DNA of 64,000 nt from a virus (Duplodnaviria; Caudoviricetes), in IMG/VR virus record IMGVR_UViG_3300030117_007612, positions 1 to 64,000 of that record; one strand, 5' to 3'. Positions 34,436 to 44,821 of this stretch are shown here, in pieces (the first letter of the stretch is position 1; each line of letters opens with the position of its first letter). A program made the translations under genes and the position numbers. The notes below the pieces were generated by a model. The model made no database searches and was not told the origin of the DNA. It saw nothing but the letters and a program-made list of their open reading frames with translations.

Positions 34436-35120
34436 AAATCAGAAAAAACTAAACTCCGAACAAAAAGAATTCTATAGCATCAACAACACTCACGTTTATA
34501 TAAAAAACAAAATTGTATCACCAAATGGTACAAAAATAAATATTAAAAATGTTGTAGCAAAAATCGAAGAAATTATACCAGCACACTTATTGATGTATGT
34601 TGAATTTATACTTGTTGGCTGGTTTGAAGAATTTGAAAAAAGGGACATAAATTCTTTCTATCAGGATGGAACACTGTATATAAGCAATTTTCAAGATAAT
34701 GAAGACGACATGATCGATGATATTGTACATGAAATAGCACACTCCTTAGAAACTCCTCTTGGTAGGGAAATTTATGGAGATGGTAAAATTGAACAAGAAT
34801 TTATTGGAAAAAGAACAACTTTATATAGAATAATAGAAGAAGAAGGTTATGACGTAAATATTGTTGATTTTTTAAATACTGAGTACAATGAGGAGCTGGA
34901 TAATTTCTTACACAAAACTGTTGGCTACGAAAGATTATCCAACTACATTGCTGGGCTGATGATAAGCCCTTATTCTGCCACATCCATAAGAGAGTACTTC
35001 GCTGAAGTATTCCAAGAATTTTACCTAAGACCAGAACTAGACTTCACTCAGAGGATATCCCCGGCCGCACATGAAAAAATAACTGAACTTCATGTTGGCT
35101 TTTTTCTTGACGAACAATGA
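34416..35120 (+). CDS. HExxH zinc-peptidase-like protein
   Basis: Start moved to ATG 34416; VHEIAH ... REYFAE. Confidence 0.55.
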   Translation: MKNYIVENQKKLNSEQKEFYSINNTHVYIKNKIVSPNGTKINIKNVVAKIEEIIPAHLLMYVEFILVGWFEEFEKRDINSFYQDGTLYISNFQDNEDDMIDDIVHEIAHSLETPLGREIYGDGKIEQEFIGKRTTLYRIIEEEGYDVNIVDFLNTEYNEELDNFLHKTVGYERLSNYIAGLMISPYSATSIREYFAEVFQEFYLRPELDFTQRISPAAHEKITELHVGFFLDEQ

Positions 35121-35135
35121 TTTTGTTGTTATAAT
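35107..35135 (+). promoter_or_regulatory. sigma70-type promoter, leaderless geometry
   Basis: TTGACG-N17-TATAAT-N6-ATG. Confidence 0.7.
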
Positions 35136-35141
35136 ATAGCT

Positions 35142-35915
35142 ATGACACAAAAATCACATATTTCCTTTTCCGAATTAAAAGAATGGACACAATGCCCGTT
35201 CTACCACAAATTAGTAAGAGTTGACCGTCTCAGCGGATTCAAGGGCAATGAATACACAGCGTTTGGCTCGGCAATTCATTCGGTGTGTGAGAAGAAATTG
35301 CTCTCTGAAGAGGTTGATAATAATTTTTTTATTAAAGAGTTTCAAAAGAATATAGCCGAACTTGATGATGATGTAGAAATCAACAAAAAGATGGTTGTTG
35401 ACATGATGGGGCAAGGAAAGCGCATAATTCCTGAAATTGATGATGCGTTGAAAGATTATTTTGAGTCCTATGAGGTCGTATCCGTAGAAGAATCATTAAT
35501 GGAGCCATTCGATGAAGATTATAATTTTAAAGGATTCATTGATGCTGTTTTGAAAACCCCTGATGGAAAGTATCACATTGTTGATTGGAAGACGTGCTCT
35601 TGGGGTTGGGATGCTCGCCGGCGCTCTGAGCCAATGGTCACTTATCAATTAACCTTTTATAAACATTTTTATGCGAAGAAGCACGGTATTGATCCAAAAA
35701 ATATCGAAACGCACTTCGCACTACTTAAAAGAACTGCAAAATCGGATCGTGTAGAATTTTTTAGGGTCACCTCTGGTCCTCGAAAAACAGAAAATGCAAT
35801 CAAATTATTGCACAAAGCACTATACAATATTAAAAATAAACGATATATTAAGAACCGATTATCTTGCACATCCGGATATGGGTGCAAATTTTATAAGACA
35901 GAACACTGTCCTTGA
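35142..35915 (+). CDS. Cas4-like PD-(D/E)XK exonuclease
   Basis: GFIDAV...IVDWKT; one N-terminal Cys plus C-terminal C-x5-C-x7-C (Fe-S staple). Confidence 0.85.
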   Translation: MTQKSHISFSELKEWTQCPFYHKLVRVDRLSGFKGNEYTAFGSAIHSVCEKKLLSEEVDNNFFIKEFQKNIAELDDDVEINKKMVVDMMGQGKRIIPEIDDALKDYFESYEVVSVEESLMEPFDEDYNFKGFIDAVLKTPDGKYHIVDWKTCSWGWDARRRSEPMVTYQLTFYKHFYAKKHGIDPKNIETHFALLKRTAKSDRVEFFRVTSGPRKTENAIKLLHKALYNIKNKRYIKNRLSCTSGYGCKFYKTEHCP

Positions 35916-35924
35916 GGAACATAT

Positions 35925-37214
35925 ATGGAAAATAAAAAACTTAAGATTCTAACAATTTCTGATCATCCGCTATCTCCATCTGGCGTAGGGACACAGACAA
36001 AATATTTTATTGAATCTTTAATTAAAACTGGAAATTATAGATTTATCTGCCTAGGCGGCGCTATTAAACATCATGACTATACCCCTGTTAAAGTGGCGCC
36101 ATACAATGAAGATTGGCTTATTTACCCTGTTGATGGATATGGTGATCACGAAAAAATTCGTTCTATTATTAGAAATGAAAAACCAGACGTATTGTGGTTT
36201 ATGACTGACCCAAGATTTTTTACGTGGCTGTGGGAAATTGAAGATGAAATTAGAGCCTTGATGCCAATGGTATACTATCACGTGTGGGATAATTACCCTG
36301 CTCCACATTTTAACAGGCAGTTTTACGAATCAAACGATGTTATCGTGACAATCTCCAAAGTAACAGATGATATTGTTTCAAAAGTTGCTCCGGATGTTGA
36401 TCGCGTATACATACCTCACGCGGTTGATCCTTCAATCTTTAGACCAACCGATGGTACTGACGAGCTTTTTAAGAACAGCATAACCGTAAGAGAAAGAGTA
36501 TTTAATGCCAGCTATGAAGAAACCAAAGATAAATTGCTTTTCTTCTGGAACAATAGAAACGCTAGACGAAAACAAAGTGGATCACTAATTTGGTGGTTTA
36601 AGAAATATCTAGACGTTGTTGGTCATGACAAAGCATCACTCTTGATGCACACAGACCCCAAAGATCCAAATGGGCAAGACTTGACGCATATAATGGAGCA
36701 TCTTGGGTTAAATAAGGGTCAAGTGATGATTTCCAACAACAAAATCTCGCCCCATGACCTAGCAGCTATGTATAATGCTGCAGATTGTACGCTTAACATT
36801 TCCGACGCTGAAGGATTTGGGTTGGCAACGCTTGAGTCTCTGTCATGTGAAACACCGATTATCGTGTGCATGACGGGCGGATTGCAAGAGCAGGTTACTG
36901 ATGGTGAAAATTGGTTTGGTTTTGGTATTGAACCAACATCAAAAGCAGTTATCGGCTCGCAACAAGTACCTTATATTTGCGAAGACAGAATATCAGAGCA
37001 AGACTTTGTCGACACGCTTGTTAAACTTACAAATCTGACAAGCGAGCAGCGAAAAGAATTAGGCCAAGCCGGCCGTCAGCATGTAATGAAAAATTATAGC
37101 TTTGAGGAATTTGAAAAAAGTTGGGTAAACACCATGAGTTCAATTGTTGAAAAGTATGGCTCATGGGAAGATAGACAAAATTATGAACGTTGGAGGCTTC
37201 TGGAGGTAGCATGA
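35925..37214 (+). CDS. glycosyltransferase, GT4-like
   Basis: SGVGTQ; SDAEGFGLATLESLSCETPII. Confidence 0.85.
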   Translation: MENKKLKILTISDHPLSPSGVGTQTKYFIESLIKTGNYRFICLGGAIKHHDYTPVKVAPYNEDWLIYPVDGYGDHEKIRSIIRNEKPDVLWFMTDPRFFTWLWEIEDEIRALMPMVYYHVWDNYPAPHFNRQFYESNDVIVTISKVTDDIVSKVAPDVDRVYIPHAVDPSIFRPTDGTDELFKNSITVRERVFNASYEETKDKLLFFWNNRNARRKQSGSLIWWFKKYLDVVGHDKASLLMHTDPKDPNGQDLTHIMEHLGLNKGQVMISNNKISPHDLAAMYNAADCTLNISDAEGFGLATLESLSCETPIIVCMTGGLQEQVTDGENWFGFGIEPTSKAVIGSQQVPYICEDRISEQDFVDTLVKLTNLTSEQRKELGQAGRQHVMKNYSFEEFEKSWVNTMSSIVEKYGSWEDRQNYERWRLLEVA

Positions 37215-38476
37215 AAAAGAAGATATTAGTTAAGGCGCCCGTTTTAACACGAAGTGGATATGGCGAGCATTCTAGATTTATATTACAAGCACTTCGCTCG
37301 CGTGAAGATTTGTTTGATATATATGTTGTTCCCTTGAACTGGGGCCAAACAAGCTGGATTATTGAATCTGATGAAGATCGAGAATGGGTTGATAAAGCAA
37401 TTCTGGAGACCACCAAATACCTGCATGAATTCAACAACGATCATGGCAATCAAGGAAAAAAGCCATTCGATATATCCCTTCAGGTAACAATTCCAAACGA
37501 ATGGGAAGACTTAGCCACAAAAAATATTGGTGTTACTGCTGGAATTGAGACCACCAAAGTTGCGCCGGCTTGGATTGAAAAAGCAAAAATGATGGACAAG
37601 ATTATTGTTCCCTCGAAACACTCTAGAGATATTTACAACAACACAGCATACCAAGCGACCAATAATATCACTAAAGAAACTTTATTGTTTAAAAACGATA
37701 CCGAGATTTCAGTAGTGCCATACTCTTCTAGAAAATTTAAACCAGCTAAGATTAATCTAGACTTCGAAACAGATTTTAATTTTTTCACAGTATCACAGTG
37801 GTCTCCTAGAAAGAATATTGAAAACACTATTAAATGGTTTATTGAAGAATTTTATGACAACTCAAATGTTGGTCTTGTTGTTAAGACCAATCTGGCGAAA
37901 AATTGCTTGATGGACAGAGAGGTTTGTTTTGAGAGGATTAAATCCTTATTGTCAGAATATAAGGAACGTGAATGTAAGGTTTATTTATTACATGGTCACA
38001 TGTCTGACGAAGAATTGGCGGCTGTTTATAAACACCCGAAAGTTAAATCCTATTACACCTTAACTCATGGAGAGGGATTTGGTTTACCAATCTTTGAAGC
38101 TGCGTGTCAAGGCTTACCGGTAATAGCACCATCTTGGAGCGGGCACTGTGATTTCTTATTTGCACCATCATCGAGAGGCAAGAATAGCAGAGCAAAATCA
38201 CACTTCTTGAAAGTCGAGTATGATCTTGAGGTCATTCCCGAACATGTGGCGTGGGATGGTGTCATAGAGAAGGATTCAATGTGGTGCGTTCCGCGCCAAG
38301 GTAGTGCGAAGATGGCACTGAGAAACATGTACAAGAATCACGAAAAGCACAAAACTGCAGCAAAGAAACTGCAAAAGTGGGCATTGAAGGAATTTTCTCC
38401 TGAAAAGCTCTATAAAGAAGTTATAAACATTTTGGAGGTTGAGGACAATGACGACGACCTTGTTGTTGTCCAGTAA
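37211..38476 (+). CDS. glycosyltransferase, GT4-like
   Basis: Start ATG 37211; SGYGEHSR; HGEGFGLPIFEAACQGLPVI. Confidence 0.85.
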   Translation: MKKKILVKAPVLTRSGYGEHSRFILQALRSREDLFDIYVVPLNWGQTSWIIESDEDREWVDKAILETTKYLHEFNNDHGNQGKKPFDISLQVTIPNEWEDLATKNIGVTAGIETTKVAPAWIEKAKMMDKIIVPSKHSRDIYNNTAYQATNNITKETLLFKNDTEISVVPYSSRKFKPAKINLDFETDFNFFTVSQWSPRKNIENTIKWFIEEFYDNSNVGLVVKTNLAKNCLMDREVCFERIKSLLSEYKERECKVYLLHGHMSDEELAAVYKHPKVKSYYTLTHGEGFGLPIFEAACQGLPVIAPSWSGHCDFLFAPSSRGKNSRAKSHFLKVEYDLEVIPEHVAWDGVIEKDSMWCVPRQGSAKMALRNMYKNHEKHKTAAKKLQKWALKEFSPEKLYKEVINILEVEDNDDDLVVVQ

Positions 38477-38481
38477 TTATT

Positions 38482-39522
38482 ATGCAAGAATATTTTACAT
38501 GCAACATGTTCTCCGAGCAGAACATAGATTTTAACGGCAAATTCAAAGTAGTTCAAAAAGAACTAACGCCAGTTAATGAAAGCGAGTTAGGACCCCGCGA
38601 TATCACATATGATTGTGTGTGGGCCGGCTCAAAACAAATTGATAACACGAAGCCTTTTGTTGTTGTACCAATTAGGGATAATTCGAAATTGTTAAAATTT
38701 ACATTAAACAATTTTAAGAAAGCAAACTTTTTCAATTATGTTAATGTGATTATAGTCGATGATAGATCAGAAGAAGATCTGCATTCAATTTGTAAAGAAT
38801 ACAACACCAGCTATCTCAAGATGGATAACGATAAGGGATTTAGCTTTTCAATGCTCAACAATGTTGCTGCATACATCGCAAAGCGTTTGGGTGGCGAAAA
38901 GGTTATTTTTTGGAACAGCGATTTGTGGATTGACAAGATTTCTTATTTTAAGAAGCTTATCTCAAAACACGATTCATCCGGAGCTACAATATCAGGCTCC
39001 AAACTCCTATATCCACACAAGAGTTTACATGACGACGAACATAGTGTAAACATTAAGACACACTTTCCAAACAAGACAGACGGAAGCTATAAGGGCACTG
39101 TACAGTTTGGAAACTGTCGCTGGCTGCCAATGCAGATGCAAGCACAAGATGGAGCTTACAACGCATTTATTCCGATTCACTACAAACGATTTGCAGATAA
39201 AAGTGATCCATGTGTAAATTGTGACACCGGAACAGAATTTGTGACTGGAGCCTTGCAGGTGGTTGATTTGAATTGGTTTATTGAGAATGGCGGATACAAC
39301 CCCTCGTTGCCAAAGGTTTTTCAAGATGTTGACTTATGCTTGCGCGCAGTTACTCAAGGTAAAAAGGTAATGTATTTTGGCAAAGATATTCATTTCTTTC
39401 ACGATGAGTCATATAATCATTTCTCAAATAAAAATCAAGAAAAAATCGACACCCAGTTTCACGCCGACAGTACTTTGTTTGGTAGAATCTGGCGCGGCCG
39501 CATCGAAGCCTTAATTTTATAG
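38482..39522 (+). CDS. glycosyltransferase, GT2-like
   Basis: VVVP, VDDRS, GFSFSMLNN, WNSD, VTGA, QDVDLCLR. Confidence 0.75.
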   Translation: MQEYFTCNMFSEQNIDFNGKFKVVQKELTPVNESELGPRDITYDCVWAGSKQIDNTKPFVVVPIRDNSKLLKFTLNNFKKANFFNYVNVIIVDDRSEEDLHSICKEYNTSYLKMDNDKGFSFSMLNNVAAYIAKRLGGEKVIFWNSDLWIDKISYFKKLISKHDSSGATISGSKLLYPHKSLHDDEHSVNIKTHFPNKTDGSYKGTVQFGNCRWLPMQMQAQDGAYNAFIPIHYKRFADKSDPCVNCDTGTEFVTGALQVVDLNWFIENGGYNPSLPKVFQDVDLCLRAVTQGKKVMYFGKDIHFFHDESYNHFSNKNQEKIDTQFHADSTLFGRIWRGRIEALIL

Positions 39523-39530
39523 GTTACAGA

Positions 39531-40115
39531 ATGCAGAAATTTACTATTGAAGACACCAAGTTTGACGATGTCATTATAATTACTCCGCGAATTTTCACTG
39601 ATGAAAGAGGATATTTTTGTGAAACATACAATGTCGACAATCTAAAAGAGTTAGGGTTTGCTGTAGATATGGTCCAAGATAATCAATCCAAATCACAAAA
39701 AAATGTTATAAGAGGATTACATTATCAGTGGGACGAGCCCATGGGCAAATTAGTCAGAGTAATCAAAGGCTCAGTAAGAGATGTGATTGTTGATATTAGG
39801 AAATATTCCCCTACGTATGGTGAGTCTGCCTCGTTTCTACTAACAGAGGAAAACAACAAACAACTATGGGTGCCATCGGGCTTTGCCCACGGTATTTTAT
39901 CCCTTGAAGACAATACGATAGTTTCATATAAGTGTTCTAGTGTATATAATTCAAGCGGAGAATCAGGAATCAATCCTTTTGATGAATATTTGAATGTAGA
40001 TTGGGGTATTGATAAGGCAGAAGCAATTGTGTCCGAAAAGGATGCAGTTGCAAAATCATTTTTAGACTATGATCGAGATCCAAAATTCTTTAGCAAAAGA
40101 GAGGCCTCCAAATGA
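39531..40115 (+). CDS. rmlC: dTDP-4-dehydrorhamnose 3,5-epimerase
   Basis: DERGYF, QDNQS.S..NVIRGLHYQ, GFAHG, YKCS. Confidence 0.92.
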   Translation: MQKFTIEDTKFDDVIIITPRIFTDERGYFCETYNVDNLKELGFAVDMVQDNQSKSQKNVIRGLHYQWDEPMGKLVRVIKGSVRDVIVDIRKYSPTYGESASFLLTEENNKQLWVPSGFAHGILSLEDNTIVSYKCSSVYNSSGESGINPFDEYLNVDWGIDKAEAIVSEKDAVAKSFLDYDRDPKFFSKREASK

Positions 40116-41068
40116 AGAAGGTGTTACTGGCTGGAGGCGCCGGATTTATTGGATCGCTGCTGACCAAAGAGTTGATGAAAAGAAGATACGATGTCACTGT
40201 TGCTGATTTGTTTTGGTTTGGTGATTATCTTCCAAAAAATACAAAGGTTATAAAGAAAAACGTTATTGATCTCAATGAAGATGAATTAAAAAATTACGAC
40301 GTTGTGGTTTTTATGGGAGGCGTATCTAATGATCCCATGGCTGATTATAGCCCATCTGTTAACTTTATAGAAAACTGCGCAGTGCCATCATATCTTGCAT
40401 ATATGACAAAGCGCGCCGGCGTCAAAAGATTTATATACGCATCATCGTGTAGTGTTTATGGATACACAGCCAATAAATTAATGGATGAAACTGCGCCCGT
40501 ATCTCCAAAGTATCCTTATGGAATTTCTAAATTAGCTGTTGAGAATTCTATTATGAACATGGAGGATGAAAATTTTAGACCCATCTCCTTGCGCAAAGGA
40601 ACAGTTGGTGGCTTCTCTCCAAGGATGAGATATGATTTAGTTGTTAACGCAATGACAAAGACAGCATTGACAAAGGGCAAGATTGTAGTAAACAATCCTT
40701 CTTTGTGGCGGCCGATTATTGATATTAGAGATGTGGTGACTGCGTATATTCGTTCTATTGAGGCGAACCTAGACATCACAGGAATATATAACATCTCATA
40801 TGATAATTACACTATTGGCAGATTAGCCGATGAGATTAAAGATGAGTTATTTAATTTTGGATATGAAATCAACATTGAAACAAAAAATGTACAAGATGTC
40901 AGAAATTATAAAGTTTCAAATGAAAAAGCTAGAATAGAATTGGATTTTGTTGCGAAATATTCTCCAAAAGATTCTGTTCGTGAAATACTGACAAATATTG
41001 ATTTAGAAAATGTTGACTTTTCTGATCAGAAGTATTATAATATTCAAGTGTTCAAGGAGCTGTTTTAA
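40112..41068 (+). CDS. NAD-dependent epimerase/dehydratase
   Basis: GGAGFIG, SSCSVYG, YGISK. Confidence 0.88.
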   Translation: MKKVLLAGGAGFIGSLLTKELMKRRYDVTVADLFWFGDYLPKNTKVIKKNVIDLNEDELKNYDVVVFMGGVSNDPMADYSPSVNFIENCAVPSYLAYMTKRAGVKRFIYASSCSVYGYTANKLMDETAPVSPKYPYGISKLAVENSIMNMEDENFRPISLRKGTVGGFSPRMRYDLVVNAMTKTALTKGKIVVNNPSLWRPIIDIRDVVTAYIRSIEANLDITGIYNISYDNYTIGRLADEIKDELFNFGYEINIETKNVQDVRNYKVSNEKARIELDFVAKYSPKDSVREILTNIDLENVDFSDQKYYNIQVFKELF

Positions 41069-41070
41069 TA

Positions 41071-41766
41071 GTGAAAATACTGCTCACTGGTGGTAGCGGC
41101 CTTTTGGGTGGCGAATTGCAAAAACTAGACAGCGCTATCGTTGCGCCCGGTAGGGCTTTGATGGATATCAACGATAAAGAATCTTGCCGGCACTGGATTG
41201 AAAAAGAAAAGCCTGATGTCTTGGTTCATGCCGCGGCATTTACCTCTCCCCCGATTTGCGAACAGGAGCCATCAAAGGCGCGCCAAACAAATATAACTGG
41301 CACCACAAATTTAGTAGATCTGTGCGAAGAGAAAAATATTAAATTTGTGTATGTCTCAACTGACTATGTTTTTGATGGCGCCCGTGGCTTATATAACACA
41401 GATGATGCCATTAATCCAATTAACAAGTATGCGTTAACGAAAGCAGCAGGAGAATTAGCCGCCAGAACTTATGAGAACAGCCTTGTCGTTAGGACTAGTT
41501 TTTGTCAAAGAGAATTTCCGTATGAGAAAGCCTTTACCGATCAATATACTAGTCGCGACTATGTTGATATTATTGCTCCAAAGATTTTAAATTGTATTAA
41601 GTCTGATTCTGTTGGAATCGTTCACATTGGCACTGAAAGAAAAACCGTTTTTGAATTAGCCAAGCGCCGAAAGCCAGACGTTGGCGAATTGAGCATAAAA
41701 GACGTCTCATTTAATCCGCCGAGAGATACATCATTTTCTGATAAGGATATGTACTGTGAACAATAA
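41071..41766 (+). CDS. rmlD: dTDP-4-dehydrorhamnose reductase-like SDR
   Basis: TGGSGLLG, HAAAFT, STDYVFDG, YALTK. Confidence 0.8.
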   Translation: MKILLTGGSGLLGGELQKLDSAIVAPGRALMDINDKESCRHWIEKEKPDVLVHAAAFTSPPICEQEPSKARQTNITGTTNLVDLCEEKNIKFVYVSTDYVFDGARGLYNTDDAINPINKYALTKAAGELAARTYENSLVVRTSFCQREFPYEKAFTDQYTSRDYVDIIAPKILNCIKSDSVGIVHIGTERKTVFELAKRRKPDVGELSIKDVSFNPPRDTSFSDKDMYCEQ

Positions 41767-42445
41767 AGTAGTATATACAGCACTATATGGCAACAAGGAT
41801 GTATTGAAAGAACCTTTAGTGATAAGTGAAGGCTTCGATTATGTTTGTTTTACTGACGATAAAGAATTGAAATCTAATGTTTGGGAATGTAGGTATACTC
41901 CGCCGGAACATACAGATCCTGTTCGTAGTGCTAAGATATTTAAAGCCAAACCGCACGAATATTTTCCAGATCACGAAGTAAGTTTGTGGGTAGATGCTAA
42001 TTTTCTTATTAAATCGGATTTAAATTTGTTTCTAGAAATAACAAATAATCTTGAAGGTGCAAACATGTCGCTGTTTCAGCACGATCAGGGGCGCAATTGC
42101 ATCTATGACGAAGCAGAGATAATTATACACGACAAAAAAGACGATCCTGAGATAGTCAACAGCCAAATGGAAAAATATAAGTCAGAAAATTATCCCAAAA
42201 ATTATGGACTTACTGCAAATTCAATTTTACTTCGGCGCCATAATTCTGATGATATTACCGAATTATCTGATTTATGGTGGGAAGAGATTGACAACTACAG
42301 TAGACGAGATCAATTGAGTTTTTGCTATTGTTTGTGGAAAAAATCAGTGAAATATTACTTATTAAGATATCCAGATATAGATATCCGTAATAATGAATGG
42401 TTTCATTGGCTCCCTCACAATTACGAATTACAAAAATGGAGTTAA
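41756..42445 (+). CDS. DUF616/TOD1-like glycosyltransferase
   Basis: VYTALYG.KD.L, CFTD, SLWVDAN, RRDQLSF. Confidence 0.75.
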   Translation: MNNKVVYTALYGNKDVLKEPLVISEGFDYVCFTDDKELKSNVWECRYTPPEHTDPVRSAKIFKAKPHEYFPDHEVSLWVDANFLIKSDLNLFLEITNNLEGANMSLFQHDQGRNCIYDEAEIIIHDKKDDPEIVNSQMEKYKSENYPKNYGLTANSILLRRHNSDDITELSDLWWEEIDNYSRRDQLSFCYCLWKKSVKYYLLRYPDIDIRNNEWFHWLPHNYELQKWS

Positions 42446-42446
42446 A

Positions 42447-43157
42447 ATGCTATCAGTAGTAATAGCAACATATAACAGGGCTGAAGTCCTTAGACAAAAT
42501 TTAGAGAAATTTAATGAACAAACAGATAAAGATTTCGAAGTTGTTGTCGCGATGGATGGCTCTACTGATAATACAGTAGAAATGCTGGAAAATTTCAAAT
42601 CAGATTTCTCAATCAAGTGGGTTGACACCGAAGAGACTGAAAAGTATTGTTTAGCAAAAGCTAGAAACATGGGATTAGTAGAGTGCTCCGGTGAAGCCGT
42701 TGTTGTACTGGATGACGATAGTTTTCCGACGCCCGATTTTGTTAAGGCACACAAACAATCGGTACGCCAACGAGTACTAACCGGAGGATATAGAAACTCT
42801 CACGATCCCAACGATCCGATGCACTCTAAGATGCAAAATCTTTTAAACAAATACGGCAATTGCAATCCGCACCCTATCACTGAGCTGTTGGTAGAAAATA
42901 ACTGTTGCATGTTGAGAAAAGATTGGATAGGGTGCGGAATGTTCTCTGAGAGGTTTGAGGGGTACGGCGGTTGTGGACAAGAGTTTTTTCACAGATTAGC
43001 TTACCTTGGATATGGTTATCAGTTCAACCCTAGCGCAATGATTTACCATCACAAGGAATTTGAGGGCGATAACGGATTAACAAGAGAAATGAAAACAGAA
43101 CAGGCAAGGCAGATGTCTGAATTAATTTACAAACATGCATGGAGTTATAATAAATAA
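42447..43157 (+). CDS. glycosyltransferase, GT2
   Basis: Start ATG 42447; SVVIATYNR, DGSTD, ARN.G, LDDD. Confidence 0.85.
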   Translation: MLSVVIATYNRAEVLRQNLEKFNEQTDKDFEVVVAMDGSTDNTVEMLENFKSDFSIKWVDTEETEKYCLAKARNMGLVECSGEAVVVLDDDSFPTPDFVKAHKQSVRQRVLTGGYRNSHDPNDPMHSKMQNLLNKYGNCNPHPITELLVENNCCMLRKDWIGCGMFSERFEGYGGCGQEFFHRLAYLGYGYQFNPSAMIYHHKEFEGDNGLTREMKTEQARQMSELIYKHAWSYNK

Positions 43158-43874
43158 ATGAGCAATGTAGACATATTTGATATGATAGGTGAAAAACTGG
43201 AAAATGTTATTCTACCTGAAGAATACCAACAATTGTGGGACGATATTAATCTCCCAATTCAATTAGAGAAAGCCCAAAGAATGGCTCCCTTGTGGGGCCC
43301 AGATATTAAGCAATCTATGGGGAGTGTTGAATATCTTTCCGAACGCGACAAAATTTTAGAAAAACTTTCCAAGAGAGCTTATTATTTAACTCAAATTGCA
43401 CAAAAATTTAATGCCAAGAATATTGTCGAAATCGGCACCGCCCAAGGCTGGCAGTTTTACAGCTTCGCAGAGTACTGCCAACAGAATGATGGACATGTTT
43501 GGAGTTGCGATATTGAAGATAAACATAGCAAAACACACGCAGAAATATACTCCAATTCAGCCACCTTTGTACATGGGGATAGTGCCAAGTTGGCAGATCA
43601 CATTGAAAGCCTTGGGGTTAAAATTGATATGTTTTATATCGATGGCTCACATGAGGAGGGCGCCGTTTTGCAAGACGTAAAGAATCTAAAGAAAATACAA
43701 ACCGATGAAAAAACACCAGTCTGGATTTTTGATGATTACGATGAAAGATTTGGCTGTTATAATGACATTCATAAAATTGCTAAAATGGCAGAACAATACA
43801 TGGTATACTCTCCGGGTAGGACAGCCAGCAACAACCCAACGCATCAAATGCTACTTTTAGGAAGGTTTAAGTGA
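43158..43874 (+). CDS. class I SAM methyltransferase (Methyltransf_24-like)
   Basis: VEIGTAQG, HGDS, FYIDGSH, IFDDY. Confidence 0.8.
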   Translation: MSNVDIFDMIGEKLENVILPEEYQQLWDDINLPIQLEKAQRMAPLWGPDIKQSMGSVEYLSERDKILEKLSKRAYYLTQIAQKFNAKNIVEIGTAQGWQFYSFAEYCQQNDGHVWSCDIEDKHSKTHAEIYSNSATFVHGDSAKLADHIESLGVKIDMFYIDGSHEEGAVLQDVKNLKKIQTDEKTPVWIFDDYDERFGCYNDIHKIAKMAEQYMVYSPGRTASNNPTHQMLLLGRFK

Positions 43875-44821
43875 GAATTTTATATCTTGAACGAAATCAC
43901 GGCAACTCTTACTCTTATTATAATGAAATACTGGCATCGCTCCAGAGACACGATAAGGTTGAAGGAGTGGCAAAATATTCAGATTGGCACCCTCAAGACC
44001 CCAACCCGCTGGATATAAGACAGGTAATTGAGAATTGCCCCGAAACGCCAGATGCTATTGTGGTTGGCTTTGGGTGGACCGACTGCAGCGAAGCACACCC
44101 AAAGCCAATCATTGGCGTTAAGGAGTCGTCTATTCCGACGTCAATAATCCTAAACAAAGAATATTCTGCACTTGATAAAAAGCTTTCATGGATCCGGGAT
44201 ATTGACCCGGTCGCAGCATTTACAGTACACCATGATTATAAGCTCTATGAAAAGGAGACTGGCGTACCGTTTTATAAGATACCGTTTGCTGTAAATGAAA
44301 CAGTGTTTAAAAACTATGGACAAAACTATAGTCACGACTTTGGATTTTCGGGTGTTATAAGACCCGAACAAGCCAACAATTGGAGATCTAAAATCCTAGA
44401 AAGCAGCAAAGAATGGCAAGACATCAAGTTCTTTTTCACAGAACACCGACACGATAGTTTGGAATCTTATGCAAAAAGAATCAATTCAACAAAAATCTGG
44501 CTCAGCACAACAGGTCCAGCCGACCTTGTTGGCACTAGGTATTATGAAGTAATGGCGTGCAACACAACTCTTTTAGCATGCAATCGTTTTAAGAATGTTT
44601 ATGATGGTCTTTTCGAAGAGGATAAACACTGCTTTATGTTTGACACGATACAGGAGCTAGAAGACAAAATCCACTACTATATCAACAACGATGATGAAAG
44701 GAACGCAATGATTGAACGCGCGTATAACCACGTGTTAGAAAATCACACATGGAACAATCGCGGCCAAGAAATGATAAAAGTATTAACCACAAAAACGGAG
44801 GAATCAAATGGGAAAGCATAA
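43871..44821 (+). CDS. GT-B glycosyltransferase (CgeB/Glyco_trans_1_2-like)
   Basis: RYYEVMAC, I.YY...DDER..MIERAY..V...HTW..R. Confidence 0.75.
   Translation: MRILYLERNHGNSYSYYNEILASLQRHDKVEGVAKYSDWHPQDPNPLDIRQVIENCPETPDAIVVGFGWTDCSEAHPKPIIGVKESSIPTSIILNKEYSALDKKLSWIRDIDPVAAFTVHHDYKLYEKETGVPFYKIPFAVNETVFKNYGQNYSHDFGFSGVIRPEQANNWRSKILESSKEWQDIKFFFTEHRHDSLESYAKRINSTKIWLSTTGPADLVGTRYYEVMACNTTLLACNRFKNVYDGLFEEDKHCFMFDTIQELEDKIHYYINNDDERNAMIERAYNHVLENHTWNNRGQEMIKVLTTKTEESNGKA

Noticed and set aside
35142-35915. CRISPR-Cas locus
   Set aside because: Solo Cas4-like gene with no cas1/cas2 or array in the window
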